Origin: an uncultured Clostridiaceae bacterium
Lineage (GTDB): Bacteria > Bacillota > Clostridia > DUPQ01
DNA: 34,959 nucleotides
Assembly: GCA_964475455.1 (NCBI GenBank)
Contig: CAYYXJ010000003.1
Coordinates: forward strand, 1-34,959
Reading direction: 5' to 3'
Made by a program: the position numbers and the translations under genes. This document shows positions 7,306-17,118 of this stretch, piece by piece. Position 1 is the stretch's first letter. Each line of letters opens with the position of its first letter. The notes beneath the pieces were generated by a model. It did not search any database. It was not told where the DNA came from and saw only the letters and a program-made list of their open reading frames with translations.

Positions 7306-8759
7306 ATGGATATTAAGAAACTTACAATTAAAACAGCTTCCCAATATCTTAGGAACGGAGAAATTAGCCCCGTGGAACTCATAGATGAGTTTTATAAGAG
7401 AATTGATGAAACGGACAGTACGATAAATGCGTATATATACCTTAGCAAAGAAAAAGCAATGGAACAGGCGGTTAAATCATCATCAACATTAGGTGTTGAT
7501 AACAAGCCTTTGGCATGTATTCCAATGGCAGTTAAAGATAACATGTGTACTGCGGGGATTGAAACAACCTGCGGCTCAAAGATTCTGGATAATTTCATTC
7601 CACCTTATACCGCAACAGCGGTCAGTAAACTGGAGGATGCCGGAGCGGTTATGCTGGGCAAACTCAACCTTGATGAATTCGCTATGGGCGGAACCACTGA
7701 AAACTCATATTACAAGAAAACAAAAAATCCATGGAATATTAAGATGGTTCCGGGAGGTTCCTCCGGAGGTTCTGCTGCTGCGGTTGCATCCGGTCAGGCA
7801 ATTTTTGCCCTGGGTTCAGATACGGGTGGGTCAATCAGACAACCGGCAGCTTTTTGTGGAGTTGTTGGTCTAAAGCCCACCTATGGTACTGTTTCAAGAT
7901 ATGGACTTGTAGCATTTGCTTCAAGCCTTGATCAGATTGGCCCTATCACAAAGACTGTAGAATTGTTTTAAATGCGATAGCCGGAAGAGATCCCCGGGAT
8001 TCAACAAGCATAGAAACGGGAATAAACGATTACACCGAAGGGATAAATGAAAGCCCTGAAGGGATGAAAGCCTGTATACCTGCTCAGTATCTTTCTGAAG
8101 GAGTAGCCCCTGATGTACGGGATAAAGTAAAAAAGGCAATTGCTTATTATGAAAGCATTGGAGTTCGCTGTGAAGAAACTTCCCTTGATCTTGCTGATTA
8201 TGCAATTGCCGCCTATTACATTATATCTTCTGCTGAAGCCAGCTCAAATCTTGCAAGATATGATGGCATAAAATATGGTTATAGAAGTAAAAATTTCAAA
8301 AACCTGCTTGAACTGTACAAGAACTCAAGAAGTGAAGGGTTCGGGGATGAAGTAAAGAGAAGAATAATGCTCGGAACCTATGCCCTTAGTTCCGGTTATT
8401 ATGATGCATATTATAAAAAAGCCCTGAAGGTCAGGACCCTTATCAAACAGGAGTTTGACGAGCTATTTGCAAAATATGATTTTATTATCGGTCCTACAGC
8501 TCCGACTACGGCATATCCCCTGGGAGAAAAATCCGGTGACCCCCTGGAAATGTATCTTGGTGATGTATTTACAGTATCAGTTAACATTGCCGGCCTTCCT
8601 GCAATATCCATACCCTGCGGGTTGGATAAAAACGAACTTCCCATAGGAATGCAGCTGATTGGTAAAGCCTGTGGCGAAAAAACAATCCTGAGGGCAGCAA
8701 ATGCCTATGAAATGGGAAACCCTTTCCCCATGGCTGAGGAGGTATCCCATGGATTATGA
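7306..8759 (+). pseudogene. gatA: Glutamyl-tRNA(Gln)/aspartyl-tRNA(Asn) amidotransferase subunit A, interrupted by a frameshift near 7952-7971
   Basis: The N-terminal 221 aa (7306-7971) carries the amidase signature [12 protein letters not shown]. The C-terminal part is in another frame, open from 7932, and reads [19 protein letters not shown]... through to the stop at 8759. The two parts together make about 485 aa, the normal GatA length. Confidence 0.85.
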
Positions 8760-10188
8760 AATTGTCATAGGCCTTGAAATTCATGTGGAGCTTTCCACAA
8801 AATCCAAGATGTTCTGCGGGTGTACCACCGAATTCGGTGGAGATATTAACACGCATTGTTGTCCGATTTGTACATCGATGCCCGGAACATTACCGGTTAT
8901 GAACAAGAAGGCAGTTGAATATGCCGCCCGTGCGGGACTTGCCATGAACTGCAGTATTTCAAATTTTTCAAAGATGGACAGAAAGAATTATTTTTATCCG
9001 GACCTGCCCAAGGCATACCAGATTTCACAGTTTGACCTGCCGATTTGTAAAGGCGGTCATGTGGATATAGAAGTAGATGGTAAATCAAAGCGCATAGGAA
9101 TCACCAGGATTCATATGGAAGAGGATGCCGGAAAACTGCTTCATGACCAGTGGGACAACGGAACACTGGTTGATTACAATCGATGTGGGGTTCCTCTGAT
9201 AGAGATAGTCAGCGAGCCTGATATGCGTTCACCGCAGGAAGCCCGGGATTTTGCTGAAAAAGTAAGATCAATACTTCAATATGTAGGTGTTTCTGATTGT
9301 AAAATGCAGGAGGGTTCGCTAAGGGCAGATGTTAACTTGTCAATACGTCCCACTGGAAGTAATGTTCTTGGAACCAGGACAGAAATGAAGAATCTGAATT
9401 CATTCAAATCAATATTGCGTGCAGCTGAATCAGAAGTAATAAGGCAAATAAAGCTTATTGAGTCAGGTGGCAAGGTAATTCAAGAGACAAGGCGCTGGGA
9501 TGATGATGCCGGTAAGAGTTATTCAATGAGAAGCAAAGAAGAAGCTCATGATTATAGATATTTTCCTGAACCGGATCTTGTACCAATTGAGATAACAGAC
9601 AATCTGTTAGAGGAATACAGGAAATCTCTGCCTGAAATGCCATGGGATAGATTAAAAAGGTATACAGAAAAACTTGAAATCCCTGATTACGATGCATCCT
9701 TGATAACTTCTTCTGTTAAAACTGCAGATTTCTTTGATAAGGCAGTAGAAGCAGGAGCAGACCCTAAAACGGCTTCAAACTGGATTATGGGTGATTTAAT
9801 GAAGCTTATGAAGGAAATTGATACAGAAGAGATTCCTTTTGAGGGAAGTAGCCTCGCAGAATTGATTTCATTGATTGAAAGTGGCAAAATAAGCAACAAT
9901 ATTGGGAAAACCGTCCTTGAGGAAATGTTCAGGTCCCAAAAGGCAGCGAAGACAATTGTCAGGGAAAAAGGTCTGGAAATCGTAAGTGATGCAGGCGCGC
10001 TTGAAGAGGTTGTCAGCAAGGTCATCGAAGCCAATCCGAAATCTGTTGCAGATTACCTTGCAGGAAAAGAAAAGGCTGCGGGATTCCTTATGGGACAGGT
10101 TATGAGAGAAACAAAAGGTAAGGCGAATCCGGGAATTATTAGTGAGATTATAAAAAACAAACTTGAAGCAATGAAAGATATGCAATAA
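8749..10188 (+). CDS. gatB: Asp/Glu-tRNA(Asn/Gln) amidotransferase subunit B
   Basis: MDYEIVIGLEIHVELSTKSKMFCGC...HMEEDAGK..., with a C-terminal YqeY-like tail. The ATG at 8749 follows the SD GAGGAGG and overlaps the gatA stop. The ORF-track start at 8701 is an upstream in-frame extension. Confidence 0.95.
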   Translation: MDYEIVIGLEIHVELSTKSKMFCGCTTEFGGDINTHCCPICTSMPGTLPVMNKKAVEYAARAGLAMNCSISNFSKMDRKNYFYPDLPKAYQISQFDLPICKGGHVDIEVDGKSKRIGITRIHMEEDAGKLLHDQWDNGTLVDYNRCGVPLIEIVSEPDMRSPQEARDFAEKVRSILQYVGVSDCKMQEGSLRADVNLSIRPTGSNVLGTRTEMKNLNSFKSILRAAESEVIRQIKLIESGGKVIQETRRWDDDAGKSYSMRSKEEAHDYRYFPEPDLVPIEITDNLLEEYRKSLPEMPWDRLKRYTEKLEIPDYDASLITSSVKTADFFDKAVEAGADPKTASNWIMGDLMKLMKEIDTEEIPFEGSSLAELISLIESGKISNNIGKTVLEEMFRSQKAAKTIVREKGLEIVSDAGALEEVVSKVIEANPKSVADYLAGKEKAAGFLMGQVMRETKGKANPGIISEIIKNKLEAMKDMQ

Positions 10189-10207
10189 AAAATTAACATA
10201 TCTTTTC

Positions 10208-10236
10208 TTGTGTATAAAATAGTGTTTATATATAAT
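10208..10236 (+). promoter_or_regulatory. Possible sigma-A promoter for pta-ackA
   Basis: TTGTGT, a 17-nt spacer, then TATAAT (10231-10236). The -10 is good and the -35 is weak. Confidence 0.35.
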
Positions 10237-10268
10237 GATTGGGCGTTTTGCGGAAATGGAGAAGAAAA

Positions 10269-11273
10269 ATGGGTTTTCTGGAAAAGATGATTGAAAAGGC
10301 GAAAGCCGACAGGAAGACAATAGTGTTGCCTGAAACAACGGATTTAAGAATTATACGTGCGGCGGCTGATGTCAACAAAAAAAATATCGCAGATATTATT
10401 TTGATAGGCGACAGACAGCAGATAACGGAAGATGCCAGGTCAAATAATCTGGATATTTCAAAATCACAAATAATAGAAATAGATGAATTTGAAAAATTCA
10501 ATGAATTTGTTGATAAACTTGTAGAACTTAGGAAACACAAGGGAATGACTGAGGAAAAAGCAATTAAGTTAATGAAGGATCCCCTTGTATTCGGAATAAT
10601 GCTGGTAAAAATGAAGATGGCAGACGGCATGGTTGCAGGAGCAATCAATTCCACTGCAAATACACTCAGACCGGCACTTCAGATTTTAAAAACCGCTCCA
10701 GGCACAAAACTGGTTTCCTCTTTCTTTATCATGTGTGTTCCGGACTGCGAATATGGTGATAATGGAACTTTTGCATTCGGAGACTGCGGCTTAATAGAAA
10801 ATCCTGACACAGATCAACTTGCAGAAATTGCCATATCGACAGCTGCTTCATTTAAAAGTCTTGTTGGCAAGGAGCCTGTAGTTGGTATGCTTTCATATTC
10901 AACCATGGGAAGTGCACAGAGTGAGCTGACAGATAAAGTTGTAAATGCAACAAGGATTGCTAAAGAAAAAGCCCCTTCCCTTGCAATTGACGGAGAATTC
11001 CAGCTTGATGCAGCCATTGTTGAATCTGTTGGTAAAAGCAAAGCTCCTGACAGTGAATATGCTGGTAAGGCCAATGTTCTTATATTCCCGGACTTGAACG
11101 CAGGCAATATTGGGTATAAACTTACACAGCGCCTTGCTAAGGCAGAAGCCTACGGACCTTTGCTTCAGGGGATAGCAAGTCCTGTAAATGACCTTTCAAG
11201 GGGATGCAGCGCAGAGGATATAACAGGTGTTGTTGCCATTACGGCTGTCCAATCGCAGAATATGGGGAAATAA
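10269..11273 (+). CDS. pta: Phosphate acetyltransferase
   Basis: 334-aa PTA_PTB-type protein ([12 protein letters not shown]...IVLPE...GPLLQG...[11 protein letters not shown]) lying directly upstream of ackA. The start is taken at ATG 10269 after GGAGAAG. Confidence 0.88.
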   Translation: MGFLEKMIEKAKADRKTIVLPETTDLRIIRAAADVNKKNIADIILIGDRQQITEDARSNNLDISKSQIIEIDEFEKFNEFVDKLVELRKHKGMTEEKAIKLMKDPLVFGIMLVKMKMADGMVAGAINSTANTLRPALQILKTAPGTKLVSSFFIMCVPDCEYGDNGTFAFGDCGLIENPDTDQLAEIAISTAASFKSLVGKEPVVGMLSYSTMGSAQSELTDKVVNATRIAKEKAPSLAIDGEFQLDAAIVESVGKSKAPDSEYAGKANVLIFPDLNAGNIGYKLTQRLAKAEAYGPLLQGIASPVNDLSRGCSAEDITGVVAITAVQSQNMGK

Positions 11274-11275
11274 TA

Positions 11276-12499
11276 ATGATGGTATTGGTTATCAATGCAG
11301 GCAGTTCATCTTTAAAATATCAACTTATTGATATTACACAACAGAGACTGCTGGCCAAAGGGTTATGTGAAAGAATAGGGTTTGAAGACAGTGTTCATAT
11401 ATACTCCAAGGCGGATGGGTTCAGGGATGAAGCCACTCTTGCTCTTCACAATCAGGTTGAGGCCATTGATGCCATGCTTAAAATGCTCACTGACCCTGAA
11501 AAGGGAGTCATTGCTTCGATGGATGAAATTGAAGCAATAGGACACAGGATTGTTCACGGGGGTGAAGCCTTCAACCAGTCCATGCTCATTGATAATGAAG
11601 TGCTTGAAGTTCTTCGTCAATGCATTGACCTGGCTCCAATTCATAATCCTGCAAACATCATGGGAATCGAGGCTTGCCGTCAGGAAATGCCTGATATCCC
11701 TATGGTTGGTGTATTTGATACTGCTTTCCATCAAACCATGGATCCCAAGGCTTTTATATATGCACTTCCATATGAAATGTATAAAAAACACGGAATCAGA
11801 AAATATGGATTTCATGGAACAAGCCATAAGTATGTAATGAAACGTGCAGCCGTAATGCTTGGAAGACCGGTTGAAGAACTTAAATTGGTTTCCTGTCATC
11901 TGGGTAATGGTGCAAGCATATGCGCCATTGAATATGGTAAATCAATTGATACCAGCATGGGATTCACACCACTTTCAGGTCTTGCAATGGGTACCCGAAG
12001 CGGTACAATTGACCCGGCTTTGATATCCTTCATAATGGATAAAGAAGGAATGACTGTTGAAGAAACAAATGCATATTTGAACAGGAAATCAGGTGTACTG
12101 GGAATATCAGGTATAAGCAGTGATTTCCGGGACTTGTTGAAAGCTTCCAAGAATGGAAATGTAAGGGCTAAGCTTGCCATAGAAGTATTTGCATACAGAG
12201 TAAAAAAATATGTTGCAGAGTACATTGGTATTATGAACGGAGTTGACGCAATTATATTCACAGCAGGAATCGGTGAAAACAATAATCTGGTCAGAAAGCT
12301 TGTAACTGACAATATGGAATATGCGGGAATCAAATGTGATCCTGCAAAAAATATATCCGACACCGGAAGGGAAATGGATATAAGCACCGATGATTCACCT
12401 GTAAGGATTCTGGTTATTCCTACCAATGAAGAAATGGAAATTGCCCTTGAAGTAAAAAGAGTATTGGAAGAAAAAGAAATTTCAAAAAAGAATCAGTAA
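11276..12499 (+). CDS. ackA: Acetate kinase
   Basis: [17 protein letters not shown]..., then [25 protein letters not shown] and SCHLGNGAS. The ATG at 11276 lies 3 nt after the pta stop. Confidence 0.95.
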   Translation: MMVLVINAGSSSLKYQLIDITQQRLLAKGLCERIGFEDSVHIYSKADGFRDEATLALHNQVEAIDAMLKMLTDPEKGVIASMDEIEAIGHRIVHGGEAFNQSMLIDNEVLEVLRQCIDLAPIHNPANIMGIEACRQEMPDIPMVGVFDTAFHQTMDPKAFIYALPYEMYKKHGIRKYGFHGTSHKYVMKRAAVMLGRPVEELKLVSCHLGNGASICAIEYGKSIDTSMGFTPLSGLAMGTRSGTIDPALISFIMDKEGMTVEETNAYLNRKSGVLGISGISSDFRDLLKASKNGNVRAKLAIEVFAYRVKKYVAEYIGIMNGVDAIIFTAGIGENNNLVRKLVTDNMEYAGIKCDPAKNISDTGREMDISTDDSPVRILVIPTNEEMEIALEVKRVLEEKEISKKNQ

Positions 12500-12570
12500 T
12501 ATTCTTTTGTACTGTTGAGTTCTTAAATTTTCAGTGGCCGGGCCGGTCATTGGCGACCTCTTTTATTTTC

Positions 12571-12599
12571 TTGACATAGATAAATGGCAAACGTATAAT
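12571..12599 (+). promoter_or_regulatory. Consensus sigma-A promoter for yceD-rpmF
   Basis: Perfect TTGACA (12571-12576), a 17-nt spacer, then perfect TATAAT (12594-12599). Confidence 0.7.
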
Positions 12600-12632
12600 A
12601 TCATTTGACGGTTTTGGAAAGGAGACATCGCT

Positions 12633-13136
12633 ATGCGTATCGATATCACCGAAATTGATGGAAGAAACGGTGCGTATATAAGTGTTGAAAAGGATGTTGC
12701 CTCTTCTGAACTGATAACCGGTAACAGCGAGGTGACGCTTGGTGAAAGTGTACACGTTGATTTGAAAATTGAATATATTGAAGGAATGATTATCGTTTCC
12801 GGAATTGTATCCGGGAAATACCATGCTGTTTGCGGAAGGTGCCTTGCGGATATTGAAGAAAAATTCAATATTGAAATCCGGGAAAACTTCATGCATGCTT
12901 CGGACTTAAGCGAGGAAAGCGATGATTATATGTACGAAGGTGGGCACCTGGAACTTACCGCTTCACTGATTGACAATATTCTGCTTGATTTACCAAGGGT
13001 GATGTTGTGTCGGGAAGACTGTAAGGGACTGTGCAGCAGCTGTGGAAAGAACCTGAATGATGGAAATTGTTCCTGTGACCACAGTGACCATGGTATAAAT
13101 TTACAAATGGAGAAATTGAAGGATTTTTTCGACTAA
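12633..13136 (+). CDS. yceD: YceD/DUF177 family protein (large-subunit ribosome maturation-associated)
   Basis: 167 aa with a C-terminal Cys cluster CREDCKGLCSSCGKNLNDGNCSC. It holds the conserved position immediately upstream of rpmF, and an SD GGAG lies 8 nt upstream. Confidence 0.8.
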   Translation: MRIDITEIDGRNGAYISVEKDVASSELITGNSEVTLGESVHVDLKIEYIEGMIIVSGIVSGKYHAVCGRCLADIEEKFNIEIRENFMHASDLSEESDDYMYEGGHLELTASLIDNILLDLPRVMLCREDCKGLCSSCGKNLNDGNCSCDHSDHGINLQMEKLKDFFD

Positions 13137-13156
13137 TAAGGCGGGAGGTGTTATAA

Positions 13157-13339
13157 ATGGCAGTACCAAAAAGGAAAACGTCAAAAACCAGAAGAAATAC
13201 AAGGAGAGCTCACTACAAGCTGGAAGCTCCTAATCTGGTAAGATGTCCCCAGTGCAATACTTTAAAGGAACAACATAAGGTATGCAAGGAATGCGGTTAT
13301 TATAAGGGTAAAGAAGTTGTAGAAAAAACTGCTGAATAG
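13157..13339 (+). CDS. rpmF: 50S ribosomal protein L32
   Basis: MAVPKRKTSKTRRNTRRAH...CPQCNTLKEQHKVCKECGYY, 60 aa. Confidence 0.97.
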   Translation: MAVPKRKTSKTRRNTRRAHYKLEAPNLVRCPQCNTLKEQHKVCKECGYYKGKEVVEKTAE

Positions 13340-13349
13340 CTGATAAACA

Positions 13350-13376
13350 AGACAGCGCAAGGCTGTCTTTTTATTT
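13350..13376 (+). terminator. Rho-independent terminator after rpmF
   Basis: AGACAGC-gcaag-GCTGTCT (7-bp stem) followed by TTTTTATTT. Confidence 0.8.
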
Positions 13377-13430
13377 CTTTAAAAATTATAGTCATTGGAT
13401 GCTATCCAATTGAATCAGGATGTGTTAACA

Positions 13431-14753
13431 GTGAAGGATGAAAAAAGAATACAGGATGTTGAATATGAGAGCATAGCCTGGGAAGCCGGACTGGAACCCG
13501 GTGACTACATTCTGTCCATGAATGGGAAAAGTCTCAAAGATATCTTTGACTACCAATTTCTCATGGATTCGTCAAAGATAAGACTCCGGGTAAAAAAACA
13601 GGACGGTCGCTTTGAACGTATAAAAATTCATAAAGACAAGTATGAGGACATAGGATTGGTCTTTCATGACGAGCTTATGGGTAATGAAAAAAGCTGTACC
13701 AACAAATGCATATTCTGCTTCATAGACCAGCTTCCCCCGGGTATGAGAGATTCAGTGTACTATAAAGATGACGATGCAAGGCTTTCCATGCTTCATGGTA
13801 ATTATGTAACACTTACGAACACAACAATGTCAGAGCTGAAAAGACTTGCCAAACGCGGTATTTCACCCATAAATATTTCAGTTCACACTGTTAATCCTCA
13901 GTTGAGGATAAAAATGATGACAAACCGGTTTGCCGGGGACATCATGGAAAAAATTGCTTTTCTTTCTAAAAAGAATATAACGATGAACTGTCAGGTAGTT
14001 TTGGTAAGGGGATACAATGACGGGGAAGAACTGGAAAAAACCATAACAACCCTGCATCAGTATTATCCGGCGGTAAACAGCCTTTCCGTTGTTCCAGTCG
14101 GTTTGACAAAACATAGAAAAAACCTATGCGAGCTAATTCCGTATGACCGTGAATCATCAGCAAAAGTTATTGAACTCATTGATAAATATAATGATGAATT
14201 CAGGGAAAAATCCGGCAAAGGCTTTGTATATGCTGCTGATGAATTCTATGTCTTGGCAAGAAAAACGGTACCGTCATCAGAATATTACGATGGTTACCCT
14301 CAAATCGAAAACGGTGTAGGTCTTGTTACATCATTCAAAGATGAAATTGACATGGTACTTCAGGAAGAATATGAAGAAGTTGATGAAAGAACAATCAGTA
14401 TTGTCACCGGTACTGCTGCTCTTTGGGTAATGAAGGATATAGCATCAAGCATAGAGAAGAAATTCAAAGGGTTGAAGGTGAATGTGTTTTCTGTTGAAAA
14501 CAAATTTTTCGGTGAATCTGTTACAGTTGCCGGGTTGCTTACCGGAAATGATATAATGAAATCACTTGTGGGAAAAGATCTTGGTACGGAATTGTTCTTT
14601 CCTTCAGTCATGCTGAAGGCTGACGAAGATATTTTCCTGGATAATATTACGCCTGATCAAATGGCAGATGTTCTTGGGATAAAAGTCACCCAGGTCAATG
14701 TATCAGGTGCAGATTTAATTGATAAAATAATAAGGGGGGCCAAAGATGAGTAA
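13431..14753 (+). CDS. PDZ-domain / radical-SAM-like DUF512 family protein
   Basis: An N-terminal PDZ-like segment (AWEAGLEPGDYILSMNG) is followed by the CxxxCxxC motif in SCTNKCIFCFIDQLPPG. It is found upstream of der, as in many Firmicutes. The start is uncertain: GTG 13431, or TTG 13395 or 13410. Confidence 0.72.
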   Translation: MKDEKRIQDVEYESIAWEAGLEPGDYILSMNGKSLKDIFDYQFLMDSSKIRLRVKKQDGRFERIKIHKDKYEDIGLVFHDELMGNEKSCTNKCIFCFIDQLPPGMRDSVYYKDDDARLSMLHGNYVTLTNTTMSELKRLAKRGISPINISVHTVNPQLRIKMMTNRFAGDIMEKIAFLSKKNITMNCQVVLVRGYNDGEELEKTITTLHQYYPAVNSLSVVPVGLTKHRKNLCELIPYDRESSAKVIELIDKYNDEFREKSGKGFVYAADEFYVLARKTVPSSEYYDGYPQIENGVGLVTSFKDEIDMVLQEEYEEVDERTISIVTGTAALWVMKDIASSIEKKFKGLKVNVFSVENKFFGESVTVAGLLTGNDIMKSLVGKDLGTELFFPSVMLKADEDIFLDNITPDQMADVLGIKVTQVNVSGADLIDKIIRGAKDE

Positions 14754-16074
14754 TCCAATAGTAGCCATAGTCGGGCGTCCCAATGTGGGAAAATCCGCAT
14801 TTTTTAATTATATTGTAGGTAAAAGAATTTCTATAGTTGAAGATACTCCCGGAGTAACCAGAGACAGGATTTATGCTAAATCTGAATGGCGGGGCAGAGA
14901 GTTTACTGTAATTGATACAGGCGGTATAGAGCCATTTTCAAATGACCTGATATTGAAGCAGATGAGAGCCCAGGCGGAAATTGCAATTGAAACAGCTGAT
15001 GTTATTATTCTTATTACAGATATAAAGGATGGTGTTACGGCTGCTGATATAGAAGTTGCACAAATGCTGTATAAATCCGGTAAACCATCTGTGGTTGCTG
15101 TTAATAAAGTTGATAATGTCGGACCTGTTCCTGCTGATGCTTACGAATTTTATAACCTTGGACTCGGTGAAATATTTACAATATCTTCTCTACATGGTCT
15201 TGGTATGGGAGAACTTCTTGATGCCGTATATGCTAAATTTGATGACGGTAAAAATCAGGAAGAGGATGATGATGTCATACATGTTGCTATAATTGGAAAA
15301 CCAAATGCAGGAAAATCATCACTCTTGAATAAATTTCTTGGAGAAGAAAGAGCCATAGTCAGTGATATTCCCGGTACAACAAGGGATGCATTGGATACTC
15401 CGATTACTCATGATGGACAAAAATATATTTTCATCGATACTGCAGGCATAAGAAGAAAAAGCAAGATATATGACAATGTTGAGAAATACAGTATACTCCG
15501 TTCATGGACAGCTGTTGAAAGAGCAGATGTCTGCCTCCTTCTTATAGATGCCGCCGACGGGGTCACTGAACAGGATACAAAAATTGCCGGTTATGCACAC
15601 GAGGAAGGCAAGGGAATAATAGTGGCTGTCAACAAATGGGATTTAATTCAAAAGGAGAACAGCACATATAAACAGTTTACTGATGAAATAAAGGCAAAGT
15701 TTGCTTTTATGAGATATGCTCCGGTAACTACTATCTCAGCAAAAACCGGACAAAGGGTAACAAGTCTGTATAAAATGATTGAGGAAGTTTTCAGCAACTG
15801 CAATCTGCGTGTAGCAACAGGGGTATTGAATGATATTTTAAATGATGCCATGGCTATGGTCCAACCACCTTCAGACAAGGGGAAGAGACTGAAAATATTC
15901 TATATGACACAAACTTCAGTAAAACCCCCGACATTTGTTCTCTTTATTAATAACAAGGACCTGCTTCATTTTTCATATCTTAGATATATTGAAAACCAAT
16001 TGAGGGAATCGTTTGGGTTCTACGGTACACCCGTAAGATTTGTCATTAGAGAAAAGAACAAAGGAGAGAAATAA
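14746..16074 (+). CDS. der: Ribosome-associated GTPase Der (EngA)
   Basis: Two tandem GTPase domains carry P-loops GRPNVGKS and GKPNAGKS plus NKVD/NKWD motifs, with a C-terminal KH-like domain. The gene overlaps the upstream stop by 8 nt. Confidence 0.95.
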   Translation: MSNPIVAIVGRPNVGKSAFFNYIVGKRISIVEDTPGVTRDRIYAKSEWRGREFTVIDTGGIEPFSNDLILKQMRAQAEIAIETADVIILITDIKDGVTAADIEVAQMLYKSGKPSVVAVNKVDNVGPVPADAYEFYNLGLGEIFTISSLHGLGMGELLDAVYAKFDDGKNQEEDDDVIHVAIIGKPNAGKSSLLNKFLGEERAIVSDIPGTTRDALDTPITHDGQKYIFIDTAGIRRKSKIYDNVEKYSILRSWTAVERADVCLLLIDAADGVTEQDTKIAGYAHEEGKGIIVAVNKWDLIQKENSTYKQFTDEIKAKFAFMRYAPVTTISAKTGQRVTSLYKMIEEVFSNCNLRVATGVLNDILNDAMAMVQPPSDKGKRLKIFYMTQTSVKPPTFVLFINNKDLLHFSYLRYIENQLRESFGFYGTPVRFVIREKNKGEK

Positions 16075-16721
16075 TGGAAATACTTTTTCTCATATTAAGT
16101 GCAATTGCAGGATATGCACTTGGTTCAGTCAATTCATCTGTAATAGCGGGCAAAATACACGGTGTTGATATCAGGGCAAAGGGAAGCGGCAATGCGGGAC
16201 TTACTAACACCCTTCGTGTTCTGGGAAGAAATGCGGCACTTATGGTTCTTGCCGGCGATATATTGAAGGGCGTGATTGCTGTTCTTATCGGTATTTTGAT
16301 GAGGGGCTGGGTTACAGGATCACCGGGAGAATACTATCCTGTAATTGCAGGAACATTTGCAGTCGTCGGTCATAACTGGCCCGTATATTTTAAATTCAAA
16401 GGCGGCAAAGGTATTCTTACTACAGCTACCGTTATATTTATGCTCGATTGGAAAATCGGTATTACTGTTCTGATTTTGTTTATTATAATTGTTTATGTTA
16501 CAAAGTATGTATCTTTGGGTTCAATCATAGGCGCACTGGTTGTTCCGGTGGCAGCATTGATATTCGGTCATGATGCAGTTTTCATTATATTTATGACACT
16601 TCTGGCAATTCTGGCTATTGACAGGCACAGAGCCAATATAAAGAGGCTTATGGACGGCAATGAAAATAAATTGAGTTTCAAGGGAAAGCAGGGTGAAGAT
16701 TCTGGAAAAGGAACTGTTTGA
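16074..16721 (+). CDS. plsY: Glycerol-3-phosphate acyltransferase PlsY
   Basis: Polytopic membrane protein with a GSGNAGLTN motif and HNWPVYFKFKGGKG. A TAATG overlap joins it to der. Confidence 0.9.
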   Translation: MEILFLILSAIAGYALGSVNSSVIAGKIHGVDIRAKGSGNAGLTNTLRVLGRNAALMVLAGDILKGVIAVLIGILMRGWVTGSPGEYYPVIAGTFAVVGHNWPVYFKFKGGKGILTTATVIFMLDWKIGITVLILFIIIVYVTKYVSLGSIIGALVVPVAALIFGHDAVFIIFMTLLAILAIDRHRANIKRLMDGNENKLSFKGKQGEDSGKGTV

Positions 16722-17118
16722 TTTCATAGAAAATCTTGAATATGAAAATCCGGATCAGATGTCTGCCCAGGCACTTGCTTATGTAGGCGATGCTGTATAT
16801 GAACTATATATAAGAGGGAAACTGGTATCAATGGGTATCAGAAGTCCCAAGAAATTGCATTCCTCAAAAGTTAAGTTTGCGAAGGCGTCGGGTCAGCGAA
16901 TTGTATATGAAAAAATTCAGGACAGTCTGAATGAGGCAGAAACCCGGGTTGCCTCAAGGGGAAGGAACGTGAAATCATCATCAGTCCCTAAAAATGCAGA
17001 CCCGGCAGATTACTCTTACGCAACTGCATTTGAAGCACTGATTGGATATTTATATCTGAAAAATAATAAGGCACGGTTGATGGAAATACTGGAGACCGCC
17101 ATTGGAGAAATAACATGA
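16693..17118 (+). CDS. mrnC: Mini-ribonuclease 3
   Basis: RNase III-like signature ALAYVGDAVYELYIRGKL and ATAFEALIGYLYL. It lies directly upstream of rlmB, as in B. subtilis. The start (GTG 16693) is uncertain. Confidence 0.8.
   Translation: MKILEKELFDFIENLEYENPDQMSAQALAYVGDAVYELYIRGKLVSMGIRSPKKLHSSKVKFAKASGQRIVYEKIQDSLNEAETRVASRGRNVKSSSVPKNADPADYSYATAFEALIGYLYLKNNKARLMEILETAIGEIT

Noticed and set aside
8701-8748. N-terminal extensions suggested by the ORF track for gatB, pta (10239), ackA (11204), tatD (23537), pck (27257) and the second URO-D-like gene (17899)
   Set aside because: In each case an internal ATG preceded by a good SD coincides with the conserved N-terminus of the family. The upstream in-frame codons overlap the preceding gene, terminator or promoter.
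12500-12570. Intrinsic terminator after ackA (GC-rich patch GGCCGGGCCGGTCATTGGCGACC followed by CTCTTTTATTTT)
   Set aside because: I could not fold it into a stem longer than about 4 bp with a viable loop, because the CCGG repeats are separated by only 1 nt. Termination here is plausible on positional grounds but the sequence does not demonstrate it.
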